NCBI RefSeq assembly: GCF_020640915.1
Contig: NZ_JADWDC010000003.1
Span: 109,565 to 133,564 of the forward strand
Reading direction: 5' to 3'
Source: Waterburya agarophytonicola KI4
GTDB lineage: Bacteria; Cyanobacteriota; Cyanobacteriia; Cyanobacteriales; Xenococcaceae
DNA: 24,000 bases
The translations under genes and the position numbers were made by a program. Of the stretch, positions 10,596 to 19,326 are shown one piece after another. Under the pieces are notes generated by a model. It did no database searches. It saw only the letters and a list, made by a program, of their open reading frames with translations, and had not been told where the DNA came from. Numbering within the stretch: the first letter of the stretch is position 1; the number at the start of each line of letters is the position of its first letter.

Positions 10596-11780
10596 CTAGA
10601 GAGAATAGGCATAATAAGCGATGCCTTCAAAATCATATGAGAGATTATCTTCGACAAACATCTTCTCATCTATATTTTCGGTAAAAAAGTGCGTGCCAAT
10701 AGTTGGTTCATAAAAACGATATATAGGAATCGTTCCTGCTTCTTCAGTATCGAAAGCGTTGAATTGGCTGCCTTCTAAAACATAATTATCTAGATTATTG
10801 GTAATGAAATCTTTTTCTGTTCGGTCGATAGTATAAAGATATGCCCCAGTATCTGTATTGCGAAAACGAGATACTTCTTCGCCTCCCGATAAAGGATCTA
10901 CTGAAATATAAGATTCAGCTTCAAAAGTAAAATCAGTTGATTCATCGAGCAGGAAATTATATTCCGAGGTGTTGGCAGTGTATAAATGTACGCCAGAATT
11001 AGGGTTAAAAAAGCGATAAACGATATCTCCCTGTTGAATTTCTGCATCAGATAAAAGAGACTCATCAGAGTCAGGAGTCTCTTCTAACTCACTCTCTTCC
11101 AAATCGGATTCTGTAAATAGCTCGCTCAAACCTGCAAACCATTGTTCGGCAATCTTATCTTCTCCGTCGCTGTTTGGATGAATAGAATCGTAAGTATCAT
11201 CAGCTAAACTAAATCCTGAGAATTGATCTACAACGATAATGGGAGAATCTTCTAGATCCTTTTCCTCTGCCAAAACAGGAATTTGTTCGTTTAATGCTAG
11301 CAGCTCATCATTATTATTGATCGTAGGGATTATTTGTGCCAGAAAGATGGTTACATTGGGATTCTCGTCTCGCAGAGTGTCAATAACTTGACCCAACTCA
11401 TCAACGGTACTCTCTGCTGATTGAACCTGGAGAATATCGTTAGTTCCCAGATGAATCAAAACAACATCAGGTTGAGCTGATTCGACCCAATCATCAAGCT
11501 GTAACAAAATTTCGTCGGTTCTAAAACCCGAATGACCTTCATGGTCTAAATCAAAATCGGGGTTAGGATTTGGTCCATCACTATTTTCAGTTTGACTGCC
11601 AACAAAATCTACTGTAGTAAAATCGGCTTCCTCTAGTTTTTGCCATAGAGGACGACGATAGGTGTTTCGTTCTTTATCTCCTTGAGTAATAGAATCCCCA
11701 AGAAGCATAATTCTAATTTCAGTCGGTATTTCTAGGCTATTAAGATCCATATCAAAAAAGATAGATGTGAGAAGTTCCAA
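10596..11780 (-). CDS. SGNH/GDSL hydrolase with C-terminal DUF5648-like repeats
   Basis: 394 aa. Block I IMLLGDSITQG, block III LIHLGTNDIL, catalytic block V DSIHPNSDG; acidic linker; then three YRF..P.tG.hlyT..  repeats. Start could also be the Met at 11750. Confidence 0.87.
   Translation of the reverse strand: MELLTSIFFDMDLNSLEIPTEIRIMLLGDSITQGDKERNTYRRPLWQKLEEADFTTVDFVGSQTENSDGPNPNPDFDLDHEGHSGFRTDEILLQLDDWVESAQPDVVLIHLGTNDILQVQSAESTVDELGQVIDTLRDENPNVTIFLAQIIPTINNNDELLALNEQIPVLAEEKDLEDSPIIVVDQFSGFSLADDTYDSIHPNSDGEDKIAEQWFAGLSELFTESDLEESELEETPDSDESLLSDAEIQQGDIVYRFFNPNSGVHLYTANTSEYNFLLDESTDFTFEAESYISVDPLSGGEEVSRFRNTDTGAYLYTIDRTEKDFITNNLDNYVLEGSQFNAFDTEEAGTIPIYRFYEPTIGTHFFTENIDEKMFVEDNLSYDFEGIAYYAYSL
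10599..11033 (-). other. Three-copy degenerate protein repeat inside the SGNH hydrolase C-terminus
   Basis: Aligned copies: VYRFFNPNSGVHLYTANTSEYNFL / VSRFRNTDTGAYLYTIDRTEKDFI / IYRFYEPTIGTHFFTENIDEKMFV. Resembles the DUF5648 repeat. Confidence 0.8.
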
Positions 11781-11861
11781 TATTTGCTGCTCAAATTATC
11801 TTATCCCCCGTTGATAACTATAGATATTTTTACAGGCGATCGCAATTCAAGCAATTGCCAA

Positions 11862-11893
11862 ACAAAAAAAAGGCTGACATAATTATCAACCTT
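11862..11893 (-). terminator. Intrinsic terminator of the GH57 gene
   Basis: Minus strand reads aaGGTTGA-taattatg-TCAGCCTTTTTTTT: 8 bp stem (one G-U) followed by a run of Ts, just downstream of the GH57 stop. Confidence 0.72.
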
Positions 11894-11919
11894 CAACATA
11901 TTCTTGCTTGGATTTTAAT

Positions 11920-13401
11920 TTAAGCTGTTAATAGAGCTTCTCCTCTGCGAAATAATTCCCTGGCATAATCCGTCCAAGTACCTTGTCCCCAGTAACGAAA
12001 ACAACTAGTTTCTACCAGCATCACGTATAACAATGCTTCTTGATATTCTTTAGTTTTGGTAATGGCGGGTTCTCGATCTACCAGTGCATCGTATTTTTGA
12101 TGGAACATCGCGCTTAATTGATTCATGGGTTCGAGGACATTTTCATAGCCTTTTACCCAACTAAGATCGTCCGTCCAAGATGCCCCATCCATATGAAACT
12201 GATGGTCTGTGGCTTGTAAATGAGCGATCGCCTGGGTTACTTTTTCTGGGGTAGCGTTATCGGGATCTACCTGTTGCCAAATTTTATGTTGTCCGATTGC
12301 TTGGCAGGTTGGATAATCTTCAGGATTGACTCCCCCAGCTTCAATTAATTCTAAATATTCCGTACCGTTTAAACCCACAATATTTTGATTGTCTTTGAGT
12401 TCGTACCATACGGGTTGGAAATCACGGGCATATTCATTCATCATTACTCCGCCATTTTCGCCATCGGCAATTTGGCTAACGCAACTGGGAACGGAAATAT
12501 CACCTATTTGTTGTTTGCCTCTACCTTTGGCTTCATGATAAGGCTGCATTTGGGCAACTAGTTTAGTATCAGATCCTTGGGTTTTAATTAATGCGGTGAT
12601 ACTAATAGTTTCTCCTTGAGAGTTGCGGGTAACTAAGCGATTGGGAAGATATTTATCATCGTGATGCAAACCCGAACCGTCTAATCTTTCTACGGAATGT
12701 TCTTGTACCAATAACCAGCGATAACCGCACTCTTTGAGAGCTTTGATGTATTCATAAAGAGTATCGGGATTGTTAGGTAGGTGCATTTCTGGGGGAGAAA
12801 AGCCTTTAACTCGTTGCAAGGCATCGTAACCAAACATAGCGGCAAAATAATGTTGCCATGCTTGAATTTGCAATTTAATATCGGGAATGGGTGTAGAAGG
12901 AACAACCGCATGACTCCACATTGTTCCCAACCACTCAACATAAGGCTGATATTGAGCTTCGCAAGTAATTTTTTTGAGATTGTCTAAAATATCTTTGCGT
13001 CCCATTTGCTGGAAACTCCAGAGCAGATTGCCCGAATAATCGAGCATAATGCGAGGATTGCAACCATTGGCGACAAGTTCGGGAATCCAGTCTCCCATGC
13101 GCTTGTAGCACCAAGCAAATGTCTCTCCATTGTGATTATCTCCATCATGGGGATTATCTAGCATATTCTGGAGATTGCCGATTAATCCCCCGTTAGCCCC
13201 TGCGGGGATAGTGGGCTGGTGCATATGAAGGGCGCAAGCAAAACCCGCTGTGACTCGATCGAGATTAATTTTGCTGTCGGATAAAAATATCGATCGCTCG
13301 TGATTTACTATTGAGGCGATTTCTGACTCCCAACCACAAATGTTAGGCAAGCCATTGGTTGTTACTTCGAGATTGTTTTTAGATGCTGTTGCGATCGCCA
13401 T
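11920..13401 (-). CDS. Glycoside hydrolase family 57 protein
   Basis: 493 aa. ACALHMHQPTIPAGANGG (GH57 N-terminal His motif), GFSPPEMHLP, GYRWLLVQEHSVE. RBS-like GAGGAAAAC just upstream of ATG. Confidence 0.85.
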   Translation of the reverse strand: MAIATASKNNLEVTTNGLPNICGWESEIASIVNHERSIFLSDSKINLDRVTAGFACALHMHQPTIPAGANGGLIGNLQNMLDNPHDGDNHNGETFAWCYKRMGDWIPELVANGCNPRIMLDYSGNLLWSFQQMGRKDILDNLKKITCEAQYQPYVEWLGTMWSHAVVPSTPIPDIKLQIQAWQHYFAAMFGYDALQRVKGFSPPEMHLPNNPDTLYEYIKALKECGYRWLLVQEHSVERLDGSGLHHDDKYLPNRLVTRNSQGETISITALIKTQGSDTKLVAQMQPYHEAKGRGKQQIGDISVPSCVSQIADGENGGVMMNEYARDFQPVWYELKDNQNIVGLNGTEYLELIEAGGVNPEDYPTCQAIGQHKIWQQVDPDNATPEKVTQAIAHLQATDHQFHMDGASWTDDLSWVKGYENVLEPMNQLSAMFHQKYDALVDREPAITKTKEYQEALLYVMLVETSCFRYWGQGTWTDYARELFRRGEALLTA

Positions 13402-13524
13402 TGTTTTCCTCGAAAACTTATAATGTTTATTTTATAACTAGATACGAATCGTAACAAGGCGATCGCCAATTTTGTTTTATCTATGCTATGGTTAAGAATA
13501 ATTGAATTTTAGACATTTTCTGAT

Positions 13525-13555
13525 ACGTCTCCAGTGTTTGCTAGAGGCGTTTTTT
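13525..13555 (+). terminator. Terminator-like hairpin on the plus strand without an assigned upstream gene
   Basis: ACGTCTC-N12-GAGGCGT then TTTTT: 7 bp stem (one G-U) plus T-run, in the gap between two minus-strand genes. Confidence 0.45.
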
Positions 13556-13559
13556 GTGC

Positions 13560-14246
13560 TTAAATTCTCTTTTTGGGTTGATAAAGCAAAGGAATTATTG
13601 ATAATAAAGCCAAGAAAGTAAGAGCCATCAAAAAAGACAGGCGATCGCCTCCCATCATTGCTTGTTCGCCACTTACGCCAATCCAGGTATAGGCAAAACT
13701 CCCAGGTATCACGCCAATAAAAGTAGCCCGAGTATAGTCCCACCAATTTATAGTAGTCAAACCAAACAAGTAATTAACTAAATTAAAAGGAGATATGGGA
13801 ATTAAACGGGTTGTCAAGACAAAAGAGAAAGGTCGATCTAAAACTGCGGTTTGAAATTTGTTTAGTTGTCTATTTTTACTAAATTTGCGTTGAGCAAAGT
13901 CTTGTAGTAGATAACGAGCCGTTAAGAAGGCGCACAATGCGCCCAAACTAGCACTAACAATCGAAATGGCAGTACCGTACCATAAGCCAAAGAGACAACC
14001 GCCAACAATAGTTAAAATCGTCCCAGGAACGCCAATTACGGTTAAAACCGTGTAGATGCCAATAAATATTATCTCTACATATCCTTGATACTGTTTAATA
14101 AAGCTTTTGAATAAAGTGGCATCTAAGACAGTTTTTAATGGAGTAAATATAAATAAAGGTAATAGGATCGAAACAATAATTACCAAGGCGATCGCTTTTC
14201 TGGCGAGGGTATTTTTGGTTATTTTAAGGCTAATTTTTTTGAACAT
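13560..14246 (-). CDS. TVP38/TMEM64 (DedA-like/SNARE-associated) membrane protein
   Basis: 228 aa. VIGVPGTILTIVGGCLFGLWYGT...GALCAFLTARYLLQD and FVLTTRLIPISPFNLVNYLFGLTTI...TFIGVIPGSFAYTWIG. Confidence 0.87.
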   Translation of the reverse strand: MFKKISLKITKNTLARKAIALVIIVSILLPLFIFTPLKTVLDATLFKSFIKQYQGYVEIIFIGIYTVLTVIGVPGTILTIVGGCLFGLWYGTAISIVSASLGALCAFLTARYLLQDFAQRKFSKNRQLNKFQTAVLDRPFSFVLTTRLIPISPFNLVNYLFGLTTINWWDYTRATFIGVIPGSFAYTWIGVSGEQAMMGGDRLSFLMALTFLALLSIIPLLYQPKKRI

Positions 14247-14266
14247 TTTTGAGCATTATCTGACAT

Positions 14267-15262
14267 TTAAACTAAAGCTCCTCCACAACTAGAACCAGTT
14301 CCTGCGGTACAACCATAACAATAATTTGCTGTTTTTATTTCTTGAATGATATCTAGGTTATTTAATTCTAATAGCCTGCTAATGGTTAATTTTTCTCCTC
14401 CTGGAGCGATCGCATTAATGTTTTCCATTTGGTTGAAATCGCAATCATAAACATTCCCTAAATAATCGATTGATAGCTCGTTGCGACACATTACCCTATC
14501 TAAAGTTGCAGCATTATAATTATTCGCTAAAAACTCAAGATAGCTGCCGTGAATTTCTCTACGTTGTAAGAATTGCCTGGTTCTACCAATAGGAATATTA
14601 GTAATAGTAAATAGGTTATTAAATTTAAGCTTAAAATGTGCTTGCAGATAAGTTTTATAATCTAACTCTAACTTTTGTTGATCCGCAGTCAGAGCAAAAT
14701 TATCATCGGTAGGCAAAGGAGGATTATAAACCAAATCTAGAACTAAATTAGGATCTTCACCATAGCCTAATTGATTCAACCTTTGAATGGCTCGAATCGA
14801 ATCGTTATATACTCCCGCACCTCTTTGTTGATCTACATTAGACTCCAAATAACAAGGAAGAGATGCCGTAACTCTCAGTTGATTGCTGGCAAAATATTCG
14901 GGTAAATCTTCATATCCAGGTACAAAAAATATCGTTAAATTAGAACGAACAATAACTTCTTTGCCATTTCTTCTCGCAGCTTCTACTATCGGGCGAAAAC
15001 CATAATTCATCTCTGGCGCGCCACCAGTCAAATCGACAGTCTTGATCTGAGGAAAGCGATCGATGATTGCTATTAGCTGCTGGCATACTTCGGGGGCTAA
15101 TTCTTCCGTACGCTTAGGACTAGCTTCTACATGACAATGGGTACAGGCGAGATTGCATTTCCTGCCCAAGTTGACTTGCAATACAGTAATCTTATTTTTA
15201 ACTAATGGTGCAGCTATTTTTTGAGCGAAGGGAGTCAGAGAAGTATTAATTGTCGATGACAT
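14267..15262 (-). CDS. arsS: ArsS-like radical SAM protein (arsenosugar biosynthesis family)
   Basis: 331 aa. LQVNLGRKCNLACTHCHVEASPKRTE (CxxxCxxC), MCRNELSIDYLGNVYDCDFNQM, and C-terminal NYCYGCTAGTGSSCGGALV, the signature of the rSAM/(seleno)Cys family. Confidence 0.85.
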   Translation of the reverse strand: MSSTINTSLTPFAQKIAAPLVKNKITVLQVNLGRKCNLACTHCHVEASPKRTEELAPEVCQQLIAIIDRFPQIKTVDLTGGAPEMNYGFRPIVEAARRNGKEVIVRSNLTIFFVPGYEDLPEYFASNQLRVTASLPCYLESNVDQQRGAGVYNDSIRAIQRLNQLGYGEDPNLVLDLVYNPPLPTDDNFALTADQQKLELDYKTYLQAHFKLKFNNLFTITNIPIGRTRQFLQRREIHGSYLEFLANNYNAATLDRVMCRNELSIDYLGNVYDCDFNQMENINAIAPGGEKLTISRLLELNNLDIIQEIKTANYCYGCTAGTGSSCGGALV

Positions 15263-15541
15263 AATTCAAAGCTGATGGTTAACCTACGATACAGATCGAG
15301 AATGTATATCGTAATCCCAATTTAGCAAGAGCAACAGCCTAAAATATTAAAGTCAGATTAATATTCACTCTTTATTTCCTTTTTTTGGCAAATATATAGC
15401 TATATAATCCCCGTTAATTAGTAATCACCCCTTGACCCTCTACCCAATACTTTTTTCTAGAATGTAGTTCTGTAGCAAACCCCTTTAAAATAAGAATACT
15501 ATAGTCATTTCCTTTTATATTCCAATTATTGTTAATTTTCT

Positions 15542-16894
15542 ATGAAAAACGCCAGTAAGAAATACAACATCGTTACCTTTGGTTGCCAGATGAATAAAGC
15601 TGATTCTGAGCGGATGGCTGGTGTGTTAGAAAATATGGGTTTTGAAGCTTCAGAAGACCCCAATTTAGCAGATCTGGTTCTCTATAATACCTGTACTATT
15701 CGGGATAATGCGGAACAGAAAGTTTATTCTTATTTGGGCAGGCAAGCAAAACGCAAACATAAACAACCAGACTTAACTTTAATCGTGGCAGGATGCGTAG
15801 CACAACAAGAAGGAGAGCAACTGCTGCGTCGCGTACCAGAATTGGATTTGGTTATGGGACCTCAACACGCCAATCGTCTGGAAGACTTACTGACTCAGGT
15901 ATTTGATGGCAATCAGGTAGTGGCTACCGAACCGATTCAGATTGTTGAAGACATTACTAAACCCCGTCGCGATAGTGAAATTAGTGCTTGGGTAAATATT
16001 ATTTATGGCTGCAATGAAAGATGTAGCTATTGTGTTGTACCCAACGTTAGGGGAGTAGAGCAATCCCGCACTCCCGAAGCAATTCGGGCAGAAATGGTAG
16101 AGTTGGGCAAACAAGGTTATAAAGAGATTACTTTACTGGGACAAAACATCGATGCCTATGGTAGAGATCTTCCTGGTAGCACTCCCGAAGGCAGACATAA
16201 GTATACTCTAACGGATCTTCTCTATTACGTTCATGATATTCCTGGCATAGAGCGAATTCGCTTTGCTACCAGCCATCCCCGCTATTTTACCGAAAGACTA
16301 ATTAAGGCTTGTCAAGAATTACCTAATGTTTGCGAACATTTTCATATTCCTTTTCAGTCGGGAGACAATGACATTCTCAAAGCGATGAAGCGGGGTTATA
16401 CCCACGAAAAATATCGACGCATTATTGATACTATTCGAGAATATATGCCCGATGCTTCGATTACAGCCGATGCTATTGTGGGTTTTCCTGGGGAAACAGA
16501 AACTCAGTTTGAGAACACTCTTCAGCTAATTGAAGATATTGGATTTGATTTGGTCAATACCGCTGCTTATTCTCCTCGCCCTGCTACTCCTGCTGCTTTG
16601 TGGGAAAATCAGTTAAGTGAAGAAGTAAAAAGCGATCGCTTGCAAAGATTAAATCGTTTGGTTTTTGCCTCTGCCGAAACTCGTTCTGAAAGGTATTTGG
16701 GAAGGGAAGAAGAAATTTTAGTAGAAGCTCAAAATACCAAAGATCTCAATCAACTAATGGGTCGAACTAGAGGAAATCGCCTAACTTTCTTCCCAGGCAA
16801 AATTGAAGAATTACAAGGAAAAACCGTCAAAGTCAAAATTACTGCAATTCGCTCGTTTAGTATTACAGGGGAATTAGTTGAAGTCTTAAGCTAA
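15542..16894 (+). CDS. miaB: tRNA-2-methylthio-N6-dimethylallyladenosine synthase
   Basis: 450 aa. [65 protein letters not shown] with C-terminal TRAM-like region. Confidence 0.95.
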   Translation: MKNASKKYNIVTFGCQMNKADSERMAGVLENMGFEASEDPNLADLVLYNTCTIRDNAEQKVYSYLGRQAKRKHKQPDLTLIVAGCVAQQEGEQLLRRVPELDLVMGPQHANRLEDLLTQVFDGNQVVATEPIQIVEDITKPRRDSEISAWVNIIYGCNERCSYCVVPNVRGVEQSRTPEAIRAEMVELGKQGYKEITLLGQNIDAYGRDLPGSTPEGRHKYTLTDLLYYVHDIPGIERIRFATSHPRYFTERLIKACQELPNVCEHFHIPFQSGDNDILKAMKRGYTHEKYRRIIDTIREYMPDASITADAIVGFPGETETQFENTLQLIEDIGFDLVNTAAYSPRPATPAALWENQLSEEVKSDRLQRLNRLVFASAETRSERYLGREEEILVEAQNTKDLNQLMGRTRGNRLTFFPGKIEELQGKTVKVKITAIRSFSITGELVEVLS

Positions 16895-17250
16895 CTATTT
16901 GTCGATCGATTATATTTCTCTCAATCGACAATAATAATATAACTGTGTTTTAGCATTGTTAGGTACAATTACTCAATCAAAAAATACATTGAGTAAAGTT
17001 TTATAAAATTTTTGTTGAGTTTTGAAACAGTATAGGGCAAATAATAACTGCTAGATGGAAAAATCAATACAATTTCAGGCAGATGGGAATTGCATCTTCT
17101 AAGAATCAATTAACTTTTTTAGATTGCCATCCACAACTAAATAAAGTTAGAGATCGCAGCACGAGCCGTAGATATCGCTTGTGTTATAGCAATTCAAGCA
17201 TCTTCATAAAAAAGATTATCCAAACTTAAAACTTAATAGAGACTAAGAAA

Positions 17251-17586
17251 ATGGCAGATAAAGATTTTTTTCTCAGTTCAGATGATGCCCAGACTTTTGG
17301 TGATATTAATTACATGAAAAGATCTGTTCGTGTAAGACATACTTTTCCCAAAACTTTGAAGAATCCTAATGGTTTTGCAGTTGAAAAAGAAGTATCTTCT
17401 TCCGATGGTAGATTCGTAGATGGTTTTACCTCTGATGTAAATGAAATTTCATCATCATCGGCTTTTCAATCAGTTCAAAATAGTAATTCTAGTGCCGAAC
17501 CAATCAAAAGTACTCCTAAAAAACGTCCTCAAGGATCTAGTATGGATATGTTCCGCAATATGGCTCGTAATATTGGTAAGAAGTAA
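17251..17586 (+). CDS. Small uncharacterised protein, 111 aa
   Basis: ATG preceded by a GAGACTAAGAAA leader; MADKDFFLSSDDAQTFGDINYMKRSVRVRHTFPKTLKNP..., Ser/Asn-rich linker, basic tail KKRPQGSSMDMFRNMARNIGKK; strong terminator 17 nt after the stop. Confidence 0.78.
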   Translation: MADKDFFLSSDDAQTFGDINYMKRSVRVRHTFPKTLKNPNGFAVEKEVSSSDGRFVDGFTSDVNEISSSSAFQSVQNSNSSAEPIKSTPKKRPQGSSMDMFRNMARNIGKK

Positions 17587-17603
17587 ATCATCATAGTTTA
17601 ATC

Positions 17604-17643
17604 AAAGAGATCGCTTACACTTGAGCGTGAGCGATCTCTTTTT
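17604..17643 (+). terminator. Intrinsic terminator after the 111-aa gene; may also act on the opposite strand
   Basis: AAAGAGATCGCT-N14-AGCGATCTCTTTTT: perfect 12 bp stem plus U-tract, placed between convergent genes. Confidence 0.88.
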
Positions 17644-17649
17644 GATCGA

Positions 17650-19230
17650 TTAGGCAAGGGCATCTACCTTTTCTGGGTTAGTTTGTTGCAATAATTTTTC
17701 TTGTGCCTTAAATTCTGCTAATTGGGCTTCAATTTGATCTTTGACTATCTGACGATATTCCAGGAAGTGTTCGTTGTGGGCGCACATAGTTAGATAATGT
17801 TCCCACACTCCAGGGTTGTGGCGAATGATGCTAAACAGATGATGCCAAAATTGCCAACGAGTATTACGTTTAAATCCCTGTCGCCAGATTACTATAGCTA
17901 AGGCTCTAATATCAACCCAGGTAGGCAGAGATGACATTGCCTCGTGCTTGGGCATACCGAGTTTGAGAAAGCAACGATATACCCGATCTAAATAGGTTTT
18001 GGGTTCGTATAGCGTCCAAAATGCTTCAATATATTCTTGAGCGATATCTTCAATAGGGCGAGTCGGCACAAAGTTCATTAAAGTTGTTTGGTTAATGTCT
18101 TGTTGGGTACTATCCCGCAAACGTTCTTCCCTTTCTAAACGTTCCCATAGTGCAGTCAGAGGTAATGCTTGCAGCATGCCAAACATAGCAGTGGGAATAG
18201 CAGCCTCTTCAACAAAATCAATAATTCTTTGTCCCGCGCCTTTTTTCTCTCCATCAAAACCAATGATAAAGCCAGCCATCGGGCGCAATCCTGCCTGAAT
18301 CATCTTATCTACGGTTTCTGCCAAAGAACTGCGAGTATTTTGGAATTTTTTGGTTAATTGCAAGCTAGATTCATCGGGAGTTTCAATACCCAAGAATACC
18401 GCATTAAAATTACACTGCACCATTAATTCCATTAGTTCTTCGTCGGCTGCCAAATCTACAGAAGCCTCGGTATTAAAGTCAAAGGGATATTGATGTTCTT
18501 CTTGCCAAATTTTCAATTCCTTGAGGAATAGTTTAACGTTGCGCTTATTGCCAATAAAGTTATCATCCACCATAAAGACAGAACGTCGCCAGCCTAACTC
18601 ATAAAGATAGTTTAATTCTCTTAAAAGCTGGGCTGGTTCTTTGGTACGGGGTTTGCGACCGTAGAGAACAATAATATCGCAGAATTCACACTGAAAGGGA
18701 CAACCGCGAGAAAACTGCACTGACATCGAATCATAAGCATCTAATTCTAATAAGTCATAGCGAGGTACGGGAGTTATGGTCACGTCGGGCTTCTCTACAG
18801 CGCGGAAAGTACCGCTCGTTTCTCCTTTAGCTAAAGCTTCGACAAACATGGGTAGGGTGATTTCCCCTTCATCCAAAATTAAGAAATCTGCCCCCGCAGC
18901 TTTAGGTTCGTTGGGTAAAGAGGTAGAATACGGCCCCCCTACCGCCACTAATTTACCCCGTTTTTTAGCCTCTTGAATTTGTTCGAGCAAGTCTTGTTTT
19001 TGGACGATCATTGCCGAAAAGATTGTTAATTCAGCCCATTCCCATTCCGCTTCGGTAACATCTCGAATATTGCGATCGACTAGTTTAAATTCCCACTCTT
19101 GGGGCAAAATAGCAGCCACAGTAAGCATTCCCAAAGGAGGTAGCAATACTTTGCGATCGACCAATTCCAAAATTTTGTCATAAGACCAAAAAGTTTTGGG
19201 AAAAACAGGATAAATTAATAAAGCTCGCAT
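17650..19230 (-). CDS. B12-binding-domain radical SAM protein (DUF4070-type)
   Basis: 526 aa. N-terminal B12-binding-like region (LLPPLGMLTVAAILP...GPYSTSLPNE), SRGCPFQCEFCDI radical SAM cluster, FMVDDNFIGNKRNVKLFL, FLGIETPDESSLQ. Confidence 0.88.
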   Translation of the reverse strand: MRALLIYPVFPKTFWSYDKILELVDRKVLLPPLGMLTVAAILPQEWEFKLVDRNIRDVTEAEWEWAELTIFSAMIVQKQDLLEQIQEAKKRGKLVAVGGPYSTSLPNEPKAAGADFLILDEGEITLPMFVEALAKGETSGTFRAVEKPDVTITPVPRYDLLELDAYDSMSVQFSRGCPFQCEFCDIIVLYGRKPRTKEPAQLLRELNYLYELGWRRSVFMVDDNFIGNKRNVKLFLKELKIWQEEHQYPFDFNTEASVDLAADEELMELMVQCNFNAVFLGIETPDESSLQLTKKFQNTRSSLAETVDKMIQAGLRPMAGFIIGFDGEKKGAGQRIIDFVEEAAIPTAMFGMLQALPLTALWERLEREERLRDSTQQDINQTTLMNFVPTRPIEDIAQEYIEAFWTLYEPKTYLDRVYRCFLKLGMPKHEAMSSLPTWVDIRALAIVIWRQGFKRNTRWQFWHHLFSIIRHNPGVWEHYLTMCAHNEHFLEYRQIVKDQIEAQLAEFKAQEKLLQQTNPEKVDALA

Positions 19231-19326
19231 AGTATATAAACCCTCGCACTTTGGGTAGCATATTTCATTATGTATGAGGGTAGCGCAATCTTAGCTTTTT
19301 AGTGAAACTAATACTTTAAGAAAGGT

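Noticed and set aside
9338-11835. Stretch of about 2.5 kb without HIP1 sites covering the acyltransferase and SGNH genes, suggestive of horizontal acquisition
   Set aside because: A longer HIP1-free gap (about 16.66-19.93 kb) spans the 111-aa gene and the radical SAM gene, and another of about 2.1 kb lies at 569-2702. The gap is therefore not distinctive, and there are no transposase, tRNA or direct-repeat boundaries.
12690-12987. Minus- and plus-strand ORFs of 83 and 68 aa inside the GH57 gene
   Set aside because: Alternative-frame and antisense ORFs within a clearly coding gene.
13492-13746. 84-aa plus-strand ORF
   Set aside because: Mostly antisense to the 3' end of the TVP38 gene, runs through the hairpin, and is not protein-like.
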